Origin: an uncultured Candidatus Saccharibacteria bacterium
GTDB lineage: Bacteria; Patescibacteriota; Minisyncoccia; Phycocordibacterales; Phycocordibacteraceae
Direction: 5' to 3'
NCBI GenBank assembly: GCA_964618705.1
Contig: CAZUBJ010000002.1
Location: 1 to 46,523 of the forward strand
DNA: 46,523 bases
The translations under genes and the position numbers were made by a program. Positions 41,122 through 46,523 of the stretch are shown piece after piece. Numbering within the stretch: the first letter of the stretch is position 1; the number at the start of each line of letters is the position of its first letter. Below the pieces are notes generated by a model. It saw only the letters and a program-made list of their open reading frames with translations, did no database searches and had not been told where the DNA came from.

Positions 41122-42600
41122 ATGACCAAGAACATTCTTCTTGCGGGAGGAATCGGACTAGTGAGCGGCATTGCATGCCGCTCACTTTTTGCTTTTGACT
41201 GGCACTTGCTTGCGGTCGGTGCCGTGCTTGCGCTTGTGCTTTTGAGTGCGGGCTCTCTCTATCGCACACGTCTGTACATGCTCGCGGCAATCTTTCTTGC
41301 GTGTGCTGTTCTAGGGTCGTGGCGCATGATACTTGCCGAGCATTCGATACCGCAGGTGTTCCTAAAAGACGTGGCGAGTACCGTTTCATACGAAGGGGTG
41401 GTGGTGGCCGATCCTGATATTCGTGAGACTTCGCAGCGTGTCACTGTTGCGGTACGGAATGAAGACAAGCAGGTGCGGGTGCTTGCCGTGACACCGCTGT
41501 ACCCGGCTCTTTCATACGGAGACCGAGTGCGCATAGCAGGAGAGCTCGCGTATCCAGAGCCGTTCGCAACACTCGGCGGGCGTGTGTTTGATTATCCTGC
41601 ATATCTTCGCAAAGATGACATCCTGCTCTTAGTGCCTCAAGCAGAGGTAGAACTACTCGATGTATCAGTGCCACGGAGTATGTACTTGCTGCGCGCACTC
41701 TTCGATGCGCGCAAAGCTTTTGCAGGTGGTGTGGCACGTGCCATCCCAGAACCAGCGGCGTCGCTTGCCATGGGTATGCTCGTTGGTGGGAAGCAGGGTC
41801 TCGGGAAAGAACTGCTCGAAGCGTTCACGCTCTCAGGTCTTCTGCCAATTGTGGTGCTGTCCGGGTACAACGTCATGATTGTTGCGGAGGCAGTGATGCG
41901 CCTATGTGTGCTCGCTCCCAAACGATTCGGTACGTGGGCTGCGGTGCTCGCAGTCGTGCTGTTTGTGCTGGCTTCCGGCGCAGGTGCTTCTGCAGTTCGC
42001 GCGGGGACTATGGCGTGCATCGCGCTGTTCGCGCGTGCCACAGGACGTGTCTACGATGCGTTGCGCATCTTGCTCGCCGTGTTCGTGTTGATGGTTGTTT
42101 GGAATCCATACCTCCTCCTGCATGATCCTGGGTTTCAGTTTTCGTTCGCAGCAACGCTCGGCATTATCGTAGGGACACCCATCGTTTCCAATTGGTTGAG
42201 CAAGATACCAAGCACGATGCTTAAGGAAATCTGTGCCACGACCATTGCAGCGCAGCTTTTTGTCTTACCGCTTCTGCTGTACGAGACCGGGATGCTGTCA
42301 CTGGTCGCAGTGCCAGCAAATGTACTTGCGCTTCCGCTCGTGCCACTTGCGATGCTTCTCTCATTTGTTGCAGGAGTCATCGGACTTCTTGCTCCTGTAG
42401 TGGCACCCATTGCCGGACTTCCTGCATATCTCGTGCTCGCACTCGTCATCAAAATTGCAACAGTGAGTGCAAGTCTTCCACTTGCTGCACACACTCTTCC
42501 GCAGTTTCCATTCCTGATTACTGTTCTCTTGTATGGGTCACTTGCGCTACTTGTTTGGAAGTATAAAAAAACTACCCCACGCCCAAGAGGCGTGGGGTAG
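41122..42600 (+). CDS. comEC: ComEC/Rec2 DNA-uptake channel (DUF4131 plus Competence domain only; no beta-lactamase domain)
   Basis: About 10 TM helices and an OB-like N-terminal part (YEGVVVADPDIRETSQRVTVAV…). Competence-domain features are AASLAMGMLVGGK and GLLPIVVLSGYNV. Confidence 0.8.
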   Translation: MTKNILLAGGIGLVSGIACRSLFAFDWHLLAVGAVLALVLLSAGSLYRTRLYMLAAIFLACAVLGSWRMILAEHSIPQVFLKDVASTVSYEGVVVADPDIRETSQRVTVAVRNEDKQVRVLAVTPLYPALSYGDRVRIAGELAYPEPFATLGGRVFDYPAYLRKDDILLLVPQAEVELLDVSVPRSMYLLRALFDARKAFAGGVARAIPEPAASLAMGMLVGGKQGLGKELLEAFTLSGLLPIVVLSGYNVMIVAEAVMRLCVLAPKRFGTWAAVLAVVLFVLASGAGASAVRAGTMACIALFARATGRVYDALRILLAVFVLMVVWNPYLLLHDPGFQFSFAATLGIIVGTPIVSNWLSKIPSTMLKEICATTIAAQLFVLPLLLYETGMLSLVAVPANVLALPLVPLAMLLSFVAGVIGLLAPVVAPIAGLPAYLVLALVIKIATVSASLPLAAHTLPQFPFLITVLLYGSLALLVWKYKKTTPRPRGVG

Positions 42601-42613
42601 TTTTAAAAACTTT

Positions 42614-43201
42614 TTACACTACTACTGCGGCACGCGCTTCAACCACGTTCCAATTTACGTTTCCAAGGAATGCTTCAACGTAGGTCTTCTTTTCTGCAGG
42701 AACGTAGTCAACCATAACTGCGTGCTCCCATAAATCAATCGCAACCATGATAGGGAGTCCTGATAGTTGACCGAGCTCGTGGTCGTTCACGAACGCGGTA
42801 TGCAGTGTGTTCGCTATCGCATCAAAGTAGACGACCACCCATCCAATGCCGCGAGTACCCGCGACCTCATGGAGGTGAGCAATAAACCCATCCCAACTTC
42901 CGTAGCGCTTCTCTGCAAGTGTTGCGAACGAGCCGCTCGTAATTTCTGACGCACCTCCTTCAAGTTGCTCGAAGTAGTACTCGTGCATGCGCATGCCATC
43001 GAACTCAAAACCAAGACGACGACGAAGCTCATTGATAAGGTAAGCGTTCTCGGTAGCGTTTTCTTCGCGAAGCTTATCAATCTTTTCCAGGACGAGATTC
43101 GTGTGCTTTACGTATCCCTGGTAAAGCGCGAGGTGCACCTCGATCTGCTTTGGTGAGAGACCGGTAAGTTCGGGAAGTGAAAATGTTTTAGCGGTGTACA
43201 T
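42614..43201 (-). CDS. Fe/Mn superoxide dismutase-family protein (divergent)
   Basis: C-terminal AIDLWEHAVMVDY (D and H ligands), MHEYYF (His), N-terminal EVHLALYQGYV (single His instead of HHxKHH). Confidence 0.7.
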   Translation of the reverse strand: MYTAKTFSLPELTGLSPKQIEVHLALYQGYVKHTNLVLEKIDKLREENATENAYLINELRRRLGFEFDGMRMHEYYFEQLEGGASEITSGSFATLAEKRYGSWDGFIAHLHEVAGTRGIGWVVVYFDAIANTLHTAFVNDHELGQLSGLPIMVAIDLWEHAVMVDYVPAEKKTYVEAFLGNVNWNVVEARAAVVV

Positions 43202-43272
43202 AGGTAAGAAGTTTTAGACGTTTGGAGTATACCTTAGCGTTTATAGTTTGTGCGAGCTCTATACTTATTCCT

Positions 43273-44136
43273 ATGAAGCGACGTCGAGGATGGCTGCAGG
43301 CGTTGGCACTTGCGCTGCTGGTGGTGGCGAATGCGGTGGTTGTTGTAGTGCTGTCCATGCAACATTCCGGAGTACTCGCTGTTTCGTTTCTTGATGTTGG
43401 TCAGGGTGACGCGATTCTCATCCAAGGACCAACAGGTGTAGACGTGCTCATTGATGGTGGGTCTGACAAGAGCGTGGTGCGCGAACTACCAAAGGTTATG
43501 GGTCCACTCGATAGACATATTGATATGGTCGTTGCGACGCACCCTGATAAAGACCATATTGGGGGATTACCCGACGTGCTGTCGATGTATGACGTGGACA
43601 CGTTACTAACGCCAGGGCTCGCAAGCGACACCGACGGGTACGATCGGTTCGTGGCGACGGTTGCTGAAGAGCCTGGTCTCGAAGCGTTCATTGCGCGCGC
43701 AGGTCAGAGCATTTCTCTTGGGGGTGGCGCATACATGGAAGTGCTCTATCCAAACAAAGATGTATCGCGACTTCGACAGACCAACGACGCGTCCATTGCG
43801 CTTCGTGTCGTGTACGGTGACACCTCGTTTCTCCTGACGGGAGATATGCCTTCGACGATAGAAGATGAGTTGGTTCGAGAGTCGGGTGAGCTGCTTCAAA
43901 GTGACGTGCTCAAGGCGGGGCATCATGGATCAAAGTATTCGACGAGTGCGCTGTGGCTCTCGCACGTTGCTCCACGGGTGGTCGTGATTTCTGCAGGAAA
44001 GGGAAATACATACGGACACCCTGCACCTGAAGTGCTGGAACGAGTAGGGCGTCAGGGTGCAGAAACGGTCTCGACGATAGACGAAGGCACCATAACGTTC
44101 GTGAGCGACGGGGCGACACTTTGGAGACGGAAATAG
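43273..44136 (+). CDS. membrane-anchored metallo-beta-lactamase-fold protein, equivalent to the ComEC C-terminal nuclease domain
   Basis: VSFLDVGQGDAILIQ, VVATHPDKDHIGG, LLTGD, KAGHHGS, YGHP. Confidence 0.8.
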   Translation: MKRRRGWLQALALALLVVANAVVVVVLSMQHSGVLAVSFLDVGQGDAILIQGPTGVDVLIDGGSDKSVVRELPKVMGPLDRHIDMVVATHPDKDHIGGLPDVLSMYDVDTLLTPGLASDTDGYDRFVATVAEEPGLEAFIARAGQSISLGGGAYMEVLYPNKDVSRLRQTNDASIALRVVYGDTSFLLTGDMPSTIEDELVRESGELLQSDVLKAGHHGSKYSTSALWLSHVAPRVVVISAGKGNTYGHPAPEVLERVGRQGAETVSTIDEGTITFVSDGATLWRRK

Positions 44137-44168
44137 AAAAAGCCGGGTCCCTGAGGACCCGGCTTTTT
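44137..44168. terminator. bidirectional terminator
   Basis: aaaaaGCCGGGTCC-ctga-GGACCCGGCttttt. Confidence 0.85.
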
Positions 44169-44175
44169 CTGGTTG

Positions 44176-44418
44176 CTAGATAACTCCAGCCTTGGAGAGG
44201 GTGGCGTGTGCGCCGTTCTTCTTAATGTGGCGCATGCCCTTTGCAGAGATGGTCACAAGGATAGTCTTTCCGAGCTCTGCTACGAAAATACGGCGCTTGT
44301 GGAGGTTTGCCTGGCGGCGCACCTTGCCGGTTGGGTTGAACTGCGTAGCACGCGTACGGTTAGAGTACCGTCCGCCTACTTGAGTTGTCTTTCCTGTTAC
44401 TGCGCATTCGCGTGCCAT
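44176..44418 (-). CDS. rpmB: 50S ribosomal protein L28
   Basis: MARECAVTGKTTQVGGRYSNRTRATQFNPTGKVRRQANL. Confidence 0.9.
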   Translation of the reverse strand: MARECAVTGKTTQVGGRYSNRTRATQFNPTGKVRRQANLHKRRIFVAELGKTILVTISAKGMRHIKKNGAHATLSKAGVI

Positions 44419-44464
44419 AGTTCCTGCATGCTAGCATAACACTACGTAATTCCGCAACCATTTC

Positions 44465-45091
44465 ATGGAAATCGCCATTTTCACCATCATTGTGCTCATA
44501 TTCTCCATTATTCTGCACGAAGTGGCTCACGGCTACGCCGCGCAGTCGCTTGGGGACCCAACCGCAAAACTGGCTGGCCGCCTGACACTCAATCCGCTCC
44601 CACATATAGATATTATTGGTTCGGTCATCATTCCGGCCGTCCTCGTGCTCACCCAGGCCGGTATTCTCTTTGGCTGGGCGAAGCCCGTCCCGTATAACCC
44701 ATACAACCTCAAGAATCAGCGCTGGGGCGAGGCATTTGTTGGGGTGGCGGGTGTGGCCACTAACCTTGCCATTGCGATACTCTTTGCCATTATCGCCCGC
44801 GTTGCCGTAGCACAGGGTATGGGTGAATTTGCGAGTCTCGCTGCTGTGGTGGTGTTAGTAAATCTCTCTTTGGGTCTCTTCAACCTGATTCCTATCCCTC
44901 CTATTGATGGATACACCGTGCTCCGCGGTCTTGTGCCGTACAAAATGAGCATGGCTATGGCTCGATTTGAGGACCGTATGCGTGCGGGTGGTATTTTCAC
45001 CCTTGTATTGGTGCTTATTATCCTTACACAGTTCTTCTCGGCGCCGTTTTACGCACTCGTGCGGTTCTGCTACCAGCTCCTGGTGGGGTAG
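44465..45091 (+). CDS. M50-family (site-2 protease-like) membrane metalloprotease
   Basis: ILHEVAHGYAA (HExxH in TM1) and NLIPIPPIDG (the LDG-type second motif). Multi-pass. Confidence 0.75.
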   Translation: MEIAIFTIIVLIFSIILHEVAHGYAAQSLGDPTAKLAGRLTLNPLPHIDIIGSVIIPAVLVLTQAGILFGWAKPVPYNPYNLKNQRWGEAFVGVAGVATNLAIAILFAIIARVAVAQGMGEFASLAAVVVLVNLSLGLFNLIPIPPIDGYTVLRGLVPYKMSMAMARFEDRMRAGGIFTLVLVLIILTQFFSAPFYALVRFCYQLLVG

Positions 45092-45106
45092 TGAGTATAT
45101 ATAAAG

Positions 45107-45137
45107 AAAAGGGCGGCTCCGCGTAGCGGAACCGCCC
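45107..45137. terminator. hairpin terminator (T tract on the minus strand, serving the XRE gene)
   Basis: aaaaGGGCGGCTCCGC-gta-GCGGAACCGCCC. Confidence 0.7.
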
Positions 45138-45162
45138 CCAATATTCTGCCGGCGCCCAGGTT

Positions 45163-45624
45163 TTAGGCGGCGGCTTTGCCGTCCTCGGGCTCGTTCATGC
45201 CGGCCATGGTGACGGCCAGACTGATGAGCTTGGCGCGCTGTCCGCGGGGAAGCTTGTTCATCGCCTGCAGGAACCGGAGCGCGTCCGGGTTCATGAGGAA
45301 GCGATTCACCTCCGTGGGCTGAGTCGCCGTTTCGGGCGAACCGAGCACACTCGGGTCGTCGGTTTCGCCGATCAGATGCGCCACGCTCGTTTCGAGCTTT
45401 TCCGCGGTTCGGACCAGCATGCTGGCCGAAACACGGTTGGCACCCCGCTCGTACTTCTGGACCTGTTGAAAGGTCAGGCCCAGATGCTGGGCGAGAACGC
45501 CCTGCGAGACGCCGAGTTCCCGGCGACGCATGCGGATGCGCGCGCCGACCGAGACGTCGATGGGGTCGGCAGTCTTGCCGCCCGGGGTTTTGATGTCAGA
45601 AGAACTGGTACTGTCAAAGGCCAT
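45163..45624 (-). CDS. GC-rich XRE-family helix-turn-helix transcriptional regulator
   Basis: [53 protein letters not shown] lies 5 nt before the ATG at 45624. Hand count 40/60 G+C in 45181-45240. Confidence 0.8.
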   Translation of the reverse strand: MAFDSTSSSDIKTPGGKTADPIDVSVGARIRMRRRELGVSQGVLAQHLGLTFQQVQKYERGANRVSASMLVRTAEKLETSVAHLIGETDDPSVLGSPETATQPTEVNRFLMNPDALRFLQAMNKLPRGQRAKLISLAVTMAGMNEPEDGKAAA

Positions 45625-45652
45625 GTGGCCCTCCATCATTGCGGGAACAACT

Positions 45653-45681
45653 ATATTAGCACAAACTGTACAAAAAGTCAA
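45653..45681 (-). promoter_or_regulatory. sigma70-type promoter of the XRE gene
   Basis: The minus strand reads TTGACT-N17-TAATAT. Confidence 0.5.
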
Positions 45682-45721
45682 CTATCTGTCTCTTTCAGTA
45701 CTGGCAGCCAGCCCAGCCGGG

Positions 45722-45750
45722 TTGCATTTATTTACGCCTCCGTATATAGT
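45722..45750 (+). promoter_or_regulatory. sigma70-type promoter of the rpsL-rpsG operon
   Basis: TTGCAT-N17-TATAGT, 35 nt before the rpsL ATG. Confidence 0.55.
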
Positions 45751-45785
45751 CCATGGAGCTCCCAAGCGGGGGTTTTTATCTACAC

Positions 45786-46196
45786 ATGGCAACAATTCAG
45801 CAGCTCACCAAGAAGGCGCGTAAGACCACTCCTCGTAAGACGAAGGTTGTGGCACTTGGACGTGGTTTTAACACTCTTAAGAACCGTCCAACGTTTTACG
45901 CGTCTCCTTTCAAGCGCGGTGTATGTGTAAAGGTAACAACCAAGACTCCTCGCAAGCCAAACTCGGCTATTCGTAAGATTGCTCGCGTGCGCCTTACCAA
46001 CGGTATGGAGGTTACTGCCTACATTCCAGGAGAGGGACACAACCTCCAGGAGCACTCAGTGGTCACTCTTCGTGGTGGTCGCGTGAAGGACATTGGTGTG
46101 CAGTACACCATCGTGCGTGGTCGCCTTGATACCGCCGGTATTGATAAGCGCCGCCGTGGACGCTCTAAGTACGGAGCTAAGAAGCCTAAGGCTTAG
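45786..46196 (+). CDS. rpsL: 30S ribosomal protein S12
   Basis: [63 protein letters not shown] at 45786. Confidence 0.92.
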   Translation: MATIQQLTKKARKTTPRKTKVVALGRGFNTLKNRPTFYASPFKRGVCVKVTTKTPRKPNSAIRKIARVRLTNGMEVTAYIPGEGHNLQEHSVVTLRGGRVKDIGVQYTIVRGRLDTAGIDKRRRGRSKYGAKKPKA

Positions 46197-46214
46197 TTTT
46201 ATTTTTCTACTACC

Positions 46215-46523
46215 ATGCGTCATCCCGTAAAAAACAAGTATCCTCGCCGACCTGACCTCGTGTACGGTTCAGAAGCTATTTCGCGCTTCATCAACACTGT
46301 TATGTGGGATGGTAAGAAGGACACCGCAACTAAGGTGGTCTACGATGCGCTTGATAAGATCAAGGCTGCTGAGATGGATCCACTTGAGACGTTTGAGACT
46401 GCTATTCGCAACGTTGCTCCACTTATGGAGGTACGCTCACGTCGTGTGGGAGGTGCTAACTACCAGGTTCCTCGCGAGGTGCCACAGCAGCGCCGCACCA
46501 GCCTTGCATACCGTTGGCTCATC
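46215..46523 (+). CDS. rpsG: 30S ribosomal protein S7 (3' end runs off the window)
   Basis: Hand translation: MRHPVKNKYPRRPDLVYGSEAISRFINTVMWDGKKDTATKVVYDAL…EVRSRRVGGANYQVPREV. Confidence 0.9.
   Translation, partial: MRHPVKNKYPRRPDLVYGSEAISRFINTVMWDGKKDTATKVVYDALDKIKAAEMDPLETFETAIRNVAPLMEVRSRRVGGANYQVPREVPQQRRTSLAYRWLI

Noticed and set aside
40691-41389. 232-aa minus-strand ORF
   Set aside because: It is antisense to the well-supported rnhA and the comEC 5' end. No motifs; a shadow frame.

Overview
This is a compact 46.5-kb chromosomal segment of roughly 50% GC, judged by eye. It has genes on both strands, short intergenic spacers and many hairpin terminators.

**Gene content.** Most genes are housekeeping: rpsO, rpsL, rpsG (3' end cut by the window edge), rpmB, nusA, rny, clpP, ppa, hup, tpiA, pgk, cca, xthA, recJ, rnhA, lysA-like, and a stand-alone prephenate dehydratase domain. 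There is also a DNA-uptake / type IV pilus set:
- a pilin;
- pilB and pilC;
- three pseudopilin-like genes;
- comEC split from its metallo-beta-lactamase domain;
- comM.

There are four tRNA genes: Arg-UCG, Gly-GCC, Pro-UGG and Gly-UCC. I found no rRNA, CRISPR array, transposase or phage structural genes. The standard code applies, since TGA is used as a stop. The gene repertoire resembles a reduced-genome Patescibacteria/CPR-type bacterium; this is inference only.

**Things the ordinary annotation does not explain:**
1. Three of the four tRNAs are followed by 190-270 nt elements. Each carries an inverted copy of that tRNA's own T-arm. Two end in a perfect 16-nt direct copy of the tRNA 3' end, in the same register. 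The third, behind tRNA-Gly(GCC), has a decayed copy. One element abuts a low-GC HEXXH gene.
2. A GC-rich 1.8-kb cassette of five very small ORFs has a consensus promoter, a roughly 200-nt structured leader, a duplicated 39-nt hairpin motif and an ArfA-like ORF.
3. An orphan RNA gene of about 225 nt, defined by a promoter and a terminator, lies divergent from that cassette.
4. A 650-nt ORF-poor region shows nested helices.
5. A CT-rich, REP-like intergenic repeat family occurs at four sites.
6. Several GC-rich (65-75%) orphan genes are wired to host-like TTGACT-N17-TAATAY promoters. One pair of insert genes (one GC-rich) sits between pilB and pilC.
7. Ribosomal protein S12 naturally carries Arg at the classical streptomycin-resistance position.

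All coordinates were hand-derived from the sequence. Family names rest on motifs I recognise, not on searches.
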